A DNA stretch of 63,854 nt, filler included, from Dugesia japonica (GCA_001938525.1; 5 parts of 5 records of this genome joined end to end with filler, not necessarily neighbours in it), one strand, 5' to 3'; shown: positions 38,359 through 53,182, counted from the first letter of the whole stretch. Notes: generated from the letters alone by a model not told the origin. Numbers and translations: made by a program.

Positions 38359-38769
38359 TTAATTTATATAGATTAATTACTGAGAAATAAAAAAACTGAA
38401 ATATCAATGAATACGAAAAAACAAAACCAAGCAAATGACGGCTGTTTAGTAATAAATACATGAACAAACAAGTTTCAACGAGTTATTTACAATTGTGGCA
38501 TGATAGCAAATAAGTACTTCAAAGGTGAACTTTGCAGAGAAAAGAAGTGATTTTTGAAAGTGAAGCTGCCTTTATTATTTTATAAAACCAGTAAATCCAC
38601 GTGAAAAATAATTTCAATAATGCGTTAAATAAAAAAATAAAAAAGCTATTTGAAAGCTAACCAAAAATTTATTTTCATAAGTTAAGATTTGAATTTTTCA
38701 AGGCATTTTCAAAACCTATCTAAAAATATATTTTATTACATTTATATTTTCCCTATTTGGCTAAATGTA

Positions 38770-40526
38770 TTATGGACAAGTCTCCAAAAGATATGGAATT
38801 GATAAAAAGAATAACCAGCATAAATAAAGACCAATGTACATCGGATTTTGATATAAACAAATTATGCACAAAGGAAGGAAGAATTTGACAATACCAACTA
38901 AATGGATTCAGACGACAGTAAAAACAATAATTATTGCAATACATACCCTAAAAGAAAATGAATGCGTATTATTTCAGATACTGAAATACCNNNNNNNNNN
39001 NNNNNNNNNNNNNNNNNNNNNNNNNNNNNNNNNNNNNNNNNNNNNNNNNNNNNNNNNNNNNNNNNNNNNNNNNNNNNNNNNNNNNNNNNNNNNNNNNNNN
39101 NNNNNNNNNNNNNNNNNNNNNNNNNNNNNNNNNNNNCTAAATCAGACAAAACGTTTTTGATTATGACAGACAAAACGATTTAAATAGTAACCAGTAATTA
39201 ATTATAAAGAGCTCCGTTTTTTAATTAATAAAATGAGAACAATCATCAAACCTTTCGTCAGTCAACTACCAAAAACGATGAAATTTTATAAAAACATGTA
39301 AAAGCAGAGTTTGTAAAAGAGTTGATTTTGATACTAGATTGTAAGACTAGATGAAATAGTCTGCTTACTATGATGGAACGATTCTTTTTACTAATAAGCT
39401 GCATTCAAAAATCAATTATAGATTTGAAATTGACAATCAGTTTCTCTGACTATGAATATATCATCGTTTCATCGGCTANTTCTTCTCTAGTTCCTGTTAA
39501 AGTAGCGGTTAAACTATTGTGTCGCAGTAATACTAATTTGATTACGACTGACGCTACATTTAAACTTTTATTCCATGAACTTCAAAAGTAAAATACACCA
39601 ATAGCTACTGAATTATTAAACGTAATAAAGAAACGTATTTACGAGCGTCGCACCGAAATTTCGGGTATTATTCAATATTTAAATCATGCATTTGAAGTAA
39701 ATAAAGAAACGTGCACACCAGATGGCCAAGAAAAGTTTTCATTTCCAAAACTCACCAAAACTGTGATACTCGAATTCTTACGAAGAAAGGTCATCCAACG
39801 CCCAACTAAAACTCAAATTCTTGTTGAATATAGAACAAGAATACGATTGATTTAATGTAAAAGAGAACGCTAGTAACGAAAATAGTGATGAAGACTATAA
39901 TGATTGTGAAGTTCAAGAAATTAAAGAACACTAGAACCAATTTGGAAATCTTAGTATGAAGGAACTACTTTATCAGGCTATATAAAAAGAAGTAAATTAT
40001 ATGATTTCCGGAAAGAAAACAAAGAAAATCCCAGATAATTCTAATCTTTTAAAAAAGAAATGGCGTTGTTTGAAGAAGGAACACGGGGCAAATATATTCA
40101 ACAAATTTATGATGTTGTATTGTCAAGCTGTTTTACAAGTGTTGAGGCTGAAAGAGTATTTTAAGTTACAGGTAAAATCTGTAAGAAATTTCAAACAAAC
40201 TTGAACGATGAGTAAATTGATGCTTTGTGTTTCCTGCGAACTTATTTTAAAACAATTAAAAATATTAAGAACTAAAGCGCTTATTTAATTTGTGGTGCTA
40301 TATAGTTTTTGTATTTTTCTATTACAATATATTATTTGCTCATGAGTTAAGAATGAAATAAATTTGTTATATTGAAAGAAAATATGAAATAAAGTTCAAT
40401 AATTTAATCCTCCGAATTCTTTTTTGAAGTATCAAATTTTTGGTATTGAAAACCGGGATACCGGTTTTGGTTCCGTAGAAACCGAAATACCGGTTTTCAA
40501 AATTCCTTCTTGTTTTGCACTCCCTA
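38770..40526 (+). mobile_element. hAT transposon, degraded transposase and right end
   Basis: LILDCKTR*NSLLTMMERF, PVKVAVKLLCR and TSVEAERVF...LNDE*IDALCFLRTYF (hATC). The terminus has ATACCGGTTTT subrepeats and ends ...CTCCCTA. Confidence 0.88.
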
Positions 40527-40549
40527 GTTGGCATCACACTTTATAAGTC

Positions 40550-40750
40550 AATATCTAATAAATGCTCTACTATATTTAGGAAAAGATGAAAAATGATAAA
40601 CAGACATTCTTTTGGGCGAATGTGTCGTGCTCAAGATTGTTGAACTATATGTATGCTTTGGCTGAAATATAACTACTGACAGCTTCTTCATAAGAATTTT
40701 CCTTGCTAAAAAGTTGCTTGAAAAAACAACTCTCGCGGAAAGTGTATATC
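40550..40750 (+). mobile_element. piggyBac transposase fragment
   Basis: YLINALLYLGKDE...LGECVVLKIVELY...NITTDSFF....AKKLLEK matches the region around the piggyBac D(N)FF catalytic aspartate. Confidence 0.8.
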
Positions 40751-42375
40751 CAAGATAGAGTTTACATGTACAAAATGTATTGATAAAAACCTATATATTG
40801 TAAAGAAATAATTTACAAAAAAATATTATTTTAATATACCCGTCAAAAAGTCGAATTTCAGTAAATAAAGGTATATAGTCAATGTCCGTAAATCTAGTAT
40901 TAAACAATGTTTAGATTTATAAAATATTTTACTTTCGTTTTCTTTTTATAGAGTCCTGTCAGCATTTATCGAAATGACCATTACTCATTCTTTTCAATAA
41001 GTTGACTGCCAACATCACGCTAAATACATGGAAATACTACGAGTATATTCGTCGTGGATAGTGTGTTATAAAAAAAACATTTAATTTAATTTTAATATAT
41101 TTCATTAGATAAAAGCTAAATCTATACTTTAAAATGATTTAAAGGAGATATATTTATTATCAATATAATTCGTTCATAAATAAAAAACAAATAATTAACA
41201 CATCTTTATGAATAAATTCGAATCAAAAACTCTTGAAAAATTAAAAACTTATGAAAATCAGACAAGCTTCACAAAATATATGCCTGTCATCCTAATCAAT
41301 TTTATTACAAAAATAATTAATTAATTTTACCATTGATGTTAAATTTATAATAATTTAAAATCATTGAAAAATTTTTTCATATATTTTTTTCAATTCGTTT
41401 ATGTATTGAATAACCTAATATTATTATTATCACCACATAAATGTTTCAGATTAACTCAATCATTTATTTAAACATTTAATTTTAAAGTTAAACAACAAAT
41501 ATTAATCATTCAAATAGATTAGCCGTTTCAAAAAATACTTCATTAGAATTTCTTAAATTTCCCAAATGAAATTGAGTTACATCATATATACAGGATGATT
41601 CAAAAAATTCAAAGGATTTATAATAAGTTTATATTTACGGAAATTGATTTTTGTATGTATTAATAATTAATAAATCAAATCAATTTTTAGAATTTTTATA
41701 TTAAATCCAAATGGTTCCTTAACCTAAGGTAGATATAAGTCATCATATTATTCAAACGATAATACTGTACAATGATACATAAGAAAATCAATTCTATTTG
41801 GTATGCCGTCGTTTGAAAACCGATGTCTCACCAGTTGCTAAAAGAGAGTAGCCAGGAACAAGTCTAACAAGAACAATTGATGTTGCATTTATGTTGTACA
41901 TCAAATAATAATATTTTAAAAGCCTATCAATAGAACAATTAATATAAAAAATTCAAATAATCGATATTTAAACTAAATACTTAGTTTACAATATTCATTA
42001 AAAAATTTTGATAAAAATCGTATAAATACACCAAAAATGATTCATGTATTTTATCTATTCATTCTGTCTGATAATTACTGAATTTGCAAAATTAGTTTTT
42101 CTCTAACAGCGAAAACGTAAAATAGAAATTTTGTATAAATAATTTTCTAAATCTAGAATCTGTTTTTATTTAAATTGAATAATTTTATTTAAAAAATATT
42201 TTATTTTTACTAATTTGATTACATATTACATATTTATTTACATTTTATATATTACATATAAAAATATTTTTTTTGAGATATTATAGCATAAAATTCAGAT
42301 ATTAAATATCTTAAACTGTAAATCATAATTACTATTATTTATTATTGTTATTTATTATAGTTATTTATTATTTTA

Positions 42376-42412
<37 letters not shown>

Positions 42413-43610
42413 TTACAATTACAATTATTACAAATAAAAGCTTCGATCAATCTCTTAGACAATCGCATTAGGATACCTGGAATCATGGTGTGTAGAAAAC
42501 GAACCTTTTTTAAAACATGTGGGTTTCAAGGATAGTGCGATAAAGAAATTTTCGTTGATATCGATCAGGATATGCATAGCCTGGCCGAGCACAAATTGGT
42601 GCTTCCATAACGGACAAGCTGGTGCAATAGAGAATTCTGATCAAGAATGTGGCATTGTTTATGACAGTGAGTATGAAATGGAAGAGGTGAAATAAAGTTA
42701 AAAAATTCGGGAGTTTTCTCTGCGCTTTACTTTTTTTGTTTACTTACAGCTTCTCCGCTGGCTGAACCAGGACTCGAATTACCCTAAGGAGGGTTTTCTG
42801 CTCTGAAAATAACTTTTGCCTATCTCAACGTATTAGTACGTATCGTGGTGGTATCTTTTTGTTTTTGATAATATTTTGAATTTTCGAATAAGTATTCGTC
42901 AGAAATCATAGCTCGGCCAAGAAAGAAGTTACAGGGGTTTTAAGGTTAACCAATTAGATTCCTACAGTTTTGAAATTCTTATTGTCGAATAAGAAGAAAT
43001 CAGGTGACAGGACATGAATAATTTACCCAATAAGAACGAAAGAAAATCTAACGATGCTCATTAACCAATAGAAAGAATGGGGGTATACCAGAAAACTGGT
43101 ATACATACCGCTGTAATTCTCAGAAAACTAAATCAAAAATCGAATCAAATAAATTCACTTTTACATTGATACTAAAGAGCAAAAGGTGATTTATAAAAAT
43201 AAAATTATTGCTACGGTTTCCGATTCAGAAATCTGTGAATGAGATAGGAAGGGCCCCAGAAATAATGAAATTACGAAATCTATGAAGGTGTGTGTAATTA
43301 CAAAATATATGATACCCCACGTAGATGTGCAAATGAATTGGAGTGAAATATTACTACGCGAGTGTGTGAATGAATCAGATAGATTTCAGTAGTGGTGTTC
43401 AAACTGACTTAGATAAATAAAATCAATTCTGGTTGTCATGGTGATTTCAATCGCCCTATTTGCTTACTCTGGATCAATTTGCAGTTCATGTTAGTTATGT
43501 TTAGATTATGTACATTAAAAATTTATATAGCAATTGATGAATGATAATATAATTTTCTTTAATTAATTCTTTTTGCTTAACAGTAATGAATTTAATGATT
43601 AGTAATATTT

Positions 43611-44033
43611 GGAACCCGGACATTTGACATAAAATATTTGTGAAATAAAAATTCAAGGTGCTGTCCAATCTAAACATGTGAATATTTGGAAATTTATTGA
43701 ATTCATTAAAAAGAGATGAATGTGAAAACGAGCGATTGATCATACAATTATATGGTGGACACAGAAAAATCAGGCATGAAATTAGGAAAATGTATCTGAT
43801 AAACAATTGTCGAATTGCAAATTTAGTTCGCTCTTATGATGAATTTAAAAGAAACCACGAAGTTCTAGTTAATTTGCAACAGATAGGCAAAGAGCCAGGA
43901 AATGAAGAAAATACTATTAAATAAATAGTTTTTTAATGTCAAATAAGTATTATATCAATTAAATTTTATATCAAAAAAAGTTTGTCAAAAAAATTTTATG
44001 TCAAAATGTTTTTATGTCAAATGTCTGTGGATC
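43611..44033 (+). mobile_element. Mutator-like (MULE) deletion derivative
   Basis: TIRs GACATTTGACATAAAA / TTTTATGTCAAATGTC and a perfect 9-bp TSD GTAATATTT (43602-43610, 44034-44042). Internal HVNIWKFIE...IIQLYGGHRKIR resembles a MULE transposase C-terminus. Confidence 0.88.
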
Positions 44034-44294
44034 GTAATATTTATAGTTGAATAATAGCAATTTGTTAATAATATTGAGTAATAATTAAAATGATAGATTA
44101 AAAATTGTTATTAATGAACCTTTTTAGAAATGTTTAATTAATGTTTCATTATTTNNNNNNNNNNNNNNNNNNNNNNNNNNNNNNNNNNNNNNNNNNNNNN
44201 NNNNNNNNNNNNNNNNNNNNNNNNNNNNNNNNNNNNNNNNNNNNNNNNNNNNNNNNNNNNNNNNNNNNNNNNNNNNNNNNNNNNNNNNNNNNNN

Positions 44295-44348
<54 letters not shown>

Positions 44349-45657
44349 TTATTGATATCAATCAACAGGTAAAGATAATAATAATATAAACCTCTTTAGA
44401 ATAATAAGTCACCCATAAGAACTTTTGACAACTTTAACAATGACTATAACCATAATAATAAACACAATAATCATAATAATTATAATAAGAATAGTGTTGA
44501 TGATGACAATTAAAAATAAGGGCAACAAATGAATGGTTAATGATTGGGATTATTGATGATAGGATATAATTATAATGGGTGGTTATAAGATTTAATGAGA
44601 TATAATAATATGGGTAAGGATAAGTATGATAATAATGTTAACTTGATGATGATATTAGTGCTAGTCCGCGTAAATGAGAATGATAATCAGAATAATTTTA
44701 AGGATAATAAAGAATTATGAACTAAAAGCTCGATTATTTATCCGACTCGCATCATTAAGAACCTACGACAAACTTAGGAAATTTAATACCAACAAGGATA
44801 ATATTTGCGACAAGATACCAATATACATTTCCTATAAAAACAGTCACTTTGATTGCTAGGCTCGCGATGTTGTCTCTCGAACCAGAGCGAGTATTGTTGA
44901 ATTGGGAACCCGAACCAAAGGAATGTAAGCATGCACTTGAACTACGGGTTACGAGTCACCGGCTCCTTTCTGAAAATCTAGAAAGGGAACACTTAACTAA
45001 ATTCTTCGCGTGTTTCACTAGGCCAGGTTACCCTAGATACAATTGCAAATTCAGCTGACTAGATGGAACCCCAACAATATTAATAAATTAAAATTAATGA
45101 ATTTTTCAATATTTTTGATCGAGTAAGTTTATTTTATGAAAAAATCTAAATTATACTAATACATTTTAATTTCTAGAGAAATTCAAAAATTCAACATTTA
45201 AGAAATTGAGTTAGTATTTAATGTTTAATTAAATCTTTATACAATTTATGTAATTTTTGTGAATGATTGACATTAAGATAGTTTTTAAGTAGATATTCGA
45301 TTATTGATTCAAGAGATTAGTTAACCATGGCAATAAATATCAGAAATATATATGCAAATAACTTAAAATAATTTTCTTTTTTTTTACCGAGCATAATTTT
45401 CTAAATCCATATTTATCAATTTTTTTTTTTTTAAAATAATTTTTACATTTACTTCTCTGTTTCAATGATGTTCAAATCTAGTTTTTTATGGATTGCCTAA
45501 TTTCAAGGAAATGAAACATATACAATTTTATGTATTTTACACTTATGTAGAAAAAGTGGATTTTGCTGATTTAAACACAATTTATTTATTTGTAATAATA
45601 AATTTAACAACATCCATATCATATAAACTTGAACTTTTAATATTCAGTATTTAATTT

Positions 45658-45660
<3 letters not shown>

Positions 45661-45690
<30 letters not shown>
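45661..45690. repeat. (TA)n microsatellite
   Basis: 15 TA units. Confidence 0.95.
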
Positions 45691-45694
<4 letters not shown>

Positions 45695-48600
45695 CAAATG
45701 ATTTCTATTTTTTTGATTTTTGAAATGACTTGAATTTTAAAGGAAACCATTGCAATAAGGAAACCACTTGTAATGTTTGGTGTATTTCAATTTTGTTAAT
45801 TTTAATTTTTTAAATTATTGAGTTTTGATTATTTTTTAAAATTGTATTTAATTTCAGTTTATTATATTTTGCAGATCTTTTTTGAATTGGTCCGCTCCAA
45901 CACTTAGGTGCTTGTTCCATCTGTGTTCCATGCTCCAAATAGTTTTAATAATCATATCAAAGAAAATTGATAGAATATTTTATTTTAAATGAATTCTGAA
46001 AAACAATCAATGGTTACGTCCAACAATTATTGTCGCAATAATTATAAAACAAGAATCATATTGTTTATCATCTTTATTCATTTAATTTATATATTTTTTT
46101 TATAAGTAATTATAATAATATAAAATCAAATGAAAAAAGTATAAAAAGACAAAATAACTGGTCCTTTCTTTTGACCATCGTACAACTCCATATGGTTGCG
46201 TCAGATATTATATTTTTTCACTACACTAAAACCACATGGCTAAAATTTAAATTTTAGAACTGCGTCTTTCACAATGATTCCACCATAATGACGCTGACAT
46301 TTTCTTGTTATTTTTATATCCTCTTCTGTGAATCGACTATGAATCATGGAGACTAGATTCGGATTGCAGTTTGACGCCATGAGTGGAATGCACAAATAAT
46401 AAAAAAACCAATAAACATTAGCAAATACAAATTGCTAAGAAATTAAACAAAAAATTGAAACTAATTAAAAATATGAACTCATTTAATTTTTTAATGAAAT
46501 TTTAATAAAAGAATGAAGAACAACAAATTTCTGTACAACTGATCCGCTCCTACTCCAAACAAAAACTAGTTGCTCCATATATTTTGAAAAATATTTTATG
46601 AAGCTTATGCAAATGTATTGGTATAATCGGCGACTATCCAAGCGTTCCTTTAATTCAAACTTGATTATGATTGACTGTTCTTGCAAAACAATTATAATTT
46701 TGGAAAAGCTCTAATCTTGATCCAATATCAAATCTTACGAGTCGATTTTAGGTTTTTTATTATTTTTTTCGAAATAACAATACATGTGTATTAAAAAAAT
46801 ACAATTTTTTATTGTTGCATTTATTGCCAAAATAATTTTTCAATATTCATCTTACCATGTGGGATTTCTTCTGTTACACGTCGATTGAAAAGTACTCCTT
46901 TTAAATGTTTTAATTATAATCAGAATTTGTCTCGTCATTGTCATCTTACTTTCCAGTATATTCAAAAATTTATTCAAATTAAATATTTTTTTAAATTAAA
47001 ATTTTTTAATTTAGATAATTATATAAACAAATTTCCAGGTTGAAAGTATTGATTTTGTTGTCTATAATGAGTGTAATTTATAAATTANNNNNNNNNNNNN
47101 NNNNNNNNNNNNNNNNNNNNNNNNNNNNNNNNNNNNNNNNNNNNNACATTAACAGAGAAAAAAATTACATCAACATTTTTATAATGAAAAAAAATTTCCA
47201 AATTTTACATTTCCCTTCAATAATTTCACGCATTGAAATAATTTCATTTTTACAAAAACCTTCAAAAATATTATCGAAATGATAATCGTATAATTATTAA
47301 TGATTGGATTCAGGAAGTCGGGTAAACTAAATAGTTGAGTAGTAACTCTTTTGATATGAAGTTATTAATGAATACGTCTTGTGTTTGACAGACAACAAAA
47401 ATATTTATGATGAATTTTTTCAATTCTCGGCGTAATTACATTATGTTTCTGATAATAACTAATCTGACAAAATTGAATGATATATACTTTCATAATGNAG
47501 TTAACTGAAATAAATTGGGTAAATTAAGCATTAGTGATGCACGCTAATTCATCAAATGGGAATATAATTATTTTATAAAAATCTAATTTTTAGACTCATA
47601 TTTTTGTAAAACATTTGCCGCTTGTATTTAATATTAAAATTATTAATAAATATTTCATTAATAATTAAAAACTTTACTAAATGTTTTGTCAGATTAAATA
47701 TCATCATCAGGAATGATTTTTTTATCTATGAAAAATTAGATGTTAAATTTTTGCAATATTTTCAAAGAAAATTATGTTTAATACAATATACATTGGAGAG
47801 ACTCACGTCATCTTTGTACAAAAATATAGAATTATCATCGAAGTAATATTGCTAAATATAATATTAGTTATAAATCAATTATTAAAATTGAAAGATTATT
47901 AACCAAAAGTTATATGGGAGACATTAATCCCTAAATAGATTGATTCATAAATTAATGTTTATACAGATCTTTCTGAGTATTTTTTGAAAATTTTAAATAA
48001 ATTTGATTTGTTGAAGACATTACTTAATTGATTATAAAATCAGAATTTTCATTTACAGTTTTGATAAAACTTCTAATTATTCTCCATACCATTATTAACT
48101 CTTGCAGACGCAGAGCACATTGTAAAGTACAATAATTTGAACGTTGGTTTTGAAGGTTATCTTTTGTTTTATTATCACTGAGATTTTTTCGCACATCGTA
48201 GTGCACACATTATTTATTCATCTGCTGACATTATATTCACATTATTTTTCTCATCTGTGTTGTTCTACTTAACAGGATTCTACAAAACATATTTTTTTGA
48301 TCCAAGAATAAAAAGTCAGGNCTAAAAATGTTAAGTTTTATGGAAAATTCAAATTTAGAATATAGGGGGTCGGTCTATTTTTATTAATACTAAGGTTCTC
48401 AATATACTATAAAAAATATCATCATTTCGACCTATTAAATTTTTACCATTTAAAAATTTAAATGAATAAAAAGTTTTGACTAAGTTGCTTTCGATTTTTA
48501 ATTGTAACAAAATATTTTTAAAATAAACTTTTAAAACTAATTTTAACTAATTTATTTATTTAAATAACAATTTATTTATAATGTTAAAGAAGAAGAAAAA

Positions 48601-48699
48601 TCAATCTATAACAATATAATCTAGATTAAAAAATTGAATTATAATACAATAATACAAAAAATTGAAAGGAAACATTAACTAAATTATTGAAAAAAGATG

Positions 48700-49500
48700 A
48701 ATTCATATTTTAGAATCATAAAAAATGCTTTTAACCACTGGCGGTAGCAAGCTGATATTTGAAAAGTTATCAAAATTATTGTANTTGAGAAGATTTCAGA
48801 TGTGATATTGCAAAAGAAAAGGGTTTCTAGAATCATGATAATTAATTGGTTCAAATTTATCGTCTGCAAGTAGGAAATAAAATATTTTGTGGCTTCTTCT
48901 TATGAAAAGAAATAAGCTTACTATCAAAAATTTAATAGGAAAAGTTTATTAAAAGATAAAGAAATTTATACACAAATTTATATTTGAATTGAAAAAACTA
49001 ATTGAAAAATTTAAATTTAAATCGAAAAAATATTTTTCATTTTGCGGAAACGACTGTGTTTATTGATGGTGATTTATCTATAACTGTTGATAAGGTTGGT
49101 ATAAATTACTGGTATATGTTGTGGTTCTGGTACTGGTGAAAAAAGCTAAAGTTGATAAGAATTACAGAAGTAAGAACAAAATTAATTTTTTCTAAAAATA
49201 ATATTATATTGATGGCATTTTTAAATTTTAGATAATTCTGGAAAAATTCAAATTTATTGAAATAAGGATTGATTATATGTTCTCTCATTTAACCACTACT
49301 CTTAATTAAGTAATCGTATTTCAAACATTATAAAAATAAGCAAAAACATTTTGTTTTTAGGTCGCTCAAATTTCATTTATGTTACTTCATTTATTAATAA
49401 TTCCAATCCAACAGATGTGAAAAAAACTGAAAATGGAAGAACTAAAGTTCCATCGTCCGATTTAATTGCTCAATGCTTTGCAGAATCGTGGAAATTATCA
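48700..49500 (+). mobile_element. pogo-type transposase remnant
   Basis: NIFHFAETTVFIDGDLSITVDKVG (cf. I.NMDETPV.FD....TV..KG) and TENGRTKVPSSDLIAQCFAESW (cf. T.SG..K.P....I..WV..AW). Confidence 0.7.
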
Positions 49501-50569
49501 CAAAAATGCCAAAGATAATAAATACTGACAAAATATTTAAGTTTATTTAACGATGTAATCTTCAATTATTGATTAATTCAATCACTTGCCATTCGATTGT
49601 CTCGAAATCGGTTACGACACTATTTTGTAAACTGTTCATAAGAGAAACCCCCACTATGAAAACAATAAATGGGATAAACGGATAAAGAGGTGTCCGTGAA
49701 TCCGATAAAGTATTTTTACATTTCAAAAATAAATTTTTTAAGAATTAAATTTAAAATCTATTTGTAAAAATATTAGATAACTTTTAAATTTTATTTGATA
49801 AAATTAATTGATGGAAATACTTAATTATTTGACTGTGTATTGATGTATTAAATGTTAAATTGAAAACTTAAATCAATTTCCACTTGATTCAATATTTTGT
49901 GAAAATAAATAAAAAGTACAAATAAGTAATTTTCTAATTACTGTGAATAATTTCTCTGGGAATACACAAACTGATATTTCAAAGTACAGAAAATATTTTA
50001 AAATAATTAATTAAAAATTCATAACACTGTGTGCAAAATATGCAAGTAATAAAGTAATGAAGACAGAACAAGAAAATTTTACAGTAACGAAACAAAACAA
50101 AATTCAATTAAAGTCTGATAAATAATTCGAAGTAGTTGTTTCTGTATGAACATTTCTTGAAAAAATAAAAACATGCTCATCAATGATTAAAATAAAAGCG
50201 ACTAATAAATGAAATAGCGCAAAGATTGATGGATCTTTTTAATTATAGATATTTAAAAAACACTATTTTGAAATTAGTACTATTCTGTTCAAAAAGTAAA
50301 GTGATATTTTATTTTTAAACTCACGNGAAAGTCAGTTCGAAAAAACTCTTCTTGTGTGTTGGATCAACTTTTAGTTACATTTGCTATTATTTTCAATTTC
50401 ATTTGGACATCTTTGATATATAGTTTCTTTGTTTATTCGCACCATTTTTTTNNNNNNNNNNNNNNNNNNNNNNNNNNNNNNNNNNNNNNNNNNNNNNNNN
50501 NTTTTTTTACCTTATTTGAATATTAAAATGGGTGATAAAAAAAACGTCAATAATAAATAATAAAACAGT

Positions 50570-50954
50570 TCATTATTTCATGTGAATTAAAAGAAAAATT
50601 TTGTAAAGATTAGAGTGTGAAAGCTTATGCTAAAGGTGTGAAAATTCACATTTTATAAAAAAACATTTTAATAATAATAATACAAATAACGTATGAAAAG
50701 GTATTCGCAAGTATTAAGGTGTAAGATTCAAGTCTATTAAAAACATTTTTTTAATAATAACAATAAAAAACAATGTGTGAAAATTTACAAGACAATATAA
50801 AAATCATTGTTTGCATTTAGGTGTGAATATTGGCGTCAAAGGTGTGAAATTCACACATTAAAANNNNNNNNNNNNNNNNNNNNNNNNNNNNNNNNNNNNN
50901 NNNNNNNNNNNNNNNNNNNNNNNNNNNNNNNNNNNNNNNNNNNNNNNNNNNNNN

Positions 50955-50988
<34 letters not shown>

Positions 50989-51760
50989 TAATAATAACAT
51001 TTAAGAGTAACATTTAATAACATTAAATAATAACATTAATAATGCTATTTTTTTGCTTTAATCTAAATAAATGATTTGCATTAGAAAGTTTTAAATATGC
51101 TTTTAGAAACATTTAATTCTATTTTGGATTTTTTATAAAATTTTTAATTACAGTAANCGTTTTATAATAATAACAAAAAAATAATAATAATTATAATTAT
51201 AATAATAATATTAATAATAACAATAAAATATTAAAATTCATCAATAAGGTCAAGCTTGAATTGTGAAACTTCACGCGTAAACTATGAAGGTTTAGAAGTA
51301 AAAATATATGTAATTATTGAGGCACATCAATAGTTTTACCTCAGAACAAAATAGGTATGGAAAAAAATCTGGATCTAAGGTGTGAAAGTTGATTTTTTAC
51401 ATTAACGTATGAAAATTCAGGCATAAAAAACATTCAGATTGTGAAAGTTCAGTATTTACATCAAAGTGTGAAAATTCACGCATAAAAACATTTATATAAT
51501 AACAATATTTTTATATTGTAATGCATGATGCGCCATTCGCCATGCATAAAACAGAATAGGTGTAAAAAATCTAGATCTAAGGTGTGAAAGTTCATTATTA
51601 ACATTAAGATGTGAAAATTCACACATAAAAAAACATTTAGATTTTCGAAAGTTTGGTGTTTACTTAGAAAAAAACAATAAAAAACCAATTGTTTACTTAA
51701 AGGTGTGAAAATGCATACATCAGGTATTAATTTCCACTGTTTACATTAAAAGTGTGAACC
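50570..51760 (+). repeat. Irregular array of AAGGTGTGAAA(A/G)TTCA-containing units
   Basis: The motif recurs about ten times (e.g. 50633, 50819, 50839, 51377, 51464, 51579, 51700), often followed by CATAAAAAACATT. Confidence 0.8.
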
Positions 51761-53182
51761 ACTTCCGATCGTGTCCGCAGATATCCACCTACTTATACAA
51801 ATAGATAGGANNNNNNNNNNNNNNNNNNNNNNTTACAAATCTACATTTTATAATTTCAAATGCTTTTCGATCGCTCTAAAATTTAGATTCTAAATTAAAT
51901 TGTTGTGAAAAAAGTGGGCCACATTTAACTTTTACCGATAACAAAACTAAAACGTTGAGTGGTAAGTAAAAAAGGCTGACTACACTTGATTTAGACTATA
52001 TTAAGTTTAAAGTGTAAAAAATAGATATAATAAACTTTATTAATTGTTAAAACAAAACAAAAATTTATTTTTTAGCTTATTTTATACAATGTCACTTTAC
52101 AGTCTAATTGTAAAATATATTTTAAACGTAAATGTTGGTGATTAAAAATAAATATTAAAATGAGTTACTGAAAAACTGTTTAAAACCTTGCAGAATTCAC
52201 TGTTCACATTATNNNNNNNNNNNNNNNNNNNNNNNNNNNNNNNNNNNNNNNNNNNNNNNNNNNNNNNNNNNNNNNNNNNNNNNNNNNNNNNNNNNNNNNN
52301 NNNNNNNNNNNNNNNNNNNNNNNNNNNNNNNNNNNNNNNNNNNNNNNTAAAGTAGGCGTGCTGCTTGGAAATTTTATGTTTCATAATGAGCACTGTACTC
52401 ATCTTAACTAACTTCATAAACAGCAGTTGCTAGGTGAAGTTGCATATAGTAGATAAACTAGTGTTTGTTCTCAACAATATCTACTATTTGGACAAGAATT
52501 GGTGAATGGGCAAATGAACAAATTATTTATAAACCTTTCAGGAATTATGAATAGATAATTTTCCCGTTGCTATGATATGTTATTGTACACAAAATTATTT
52601 CATTGAAAACCAGTAAAATATTCTCAATTAATGTCGATATTGTCGATTACATTGTAAAATACAATAGTATCTAATTAACGATATTGCATTGTTTTAAAAA
52701 TCACCAATAAACAACGTTTAAATGACAAATTATTATGAATTATACTGTGATTCGATTAAAAAAANNNNNNNNNNNNNNNNNNNNNNNNNNNNNNNNNNNN
52801 NNNNNNNNNNNNNNNNNNNNNNNNNNNNNNNNNNNNNNNNNNNNNNNNNNNNNNNNNNNNNNNNNNNNNNNNNNNNNNNNNNNNNNNNNNNNNNNNNNNN
52901 NNNNNNNNNNNNNNNNNNNNNNNNNNNNNNNNNNNNNNNNNNNNNNNNNNNNNNNNNNNNNATCCACATATATATCCACCTTATTTTAATAATTAATTTT
53001 GAGTTTTTTCAAATCAAATTCTTTTGATTACAGGTATCGAAAAATCAATGTGAAATAAAAAAACATAGTTATTATATAAATAATTATCGGCAGAATTCAG
53101 TAATGTTTAATAGTTTATCTATTTTTGTAGTATTATAGGAAATAAGGAAATTATTAGAAAGAGTGACTTTAGTATATAAGGG

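Noticed and set aside
41800-41840. Possible minus-strand hammerhead (CTGGTGA...CAAACGAC)
   Set aside because: Both core segments are mutated and stem I cannot be formed.
46160-46390. Minus-strand coding-like stretch (MASNCNPNLV...)
   Set aside because: Interrupted by a stop and no family recognised; probably transposon debris.
50570-51760. Repeat-spacer pattern as a CRISPR array
   Set aside because: Irregular spacing, degenerate repeats, eukaryotic context and no cas genes.
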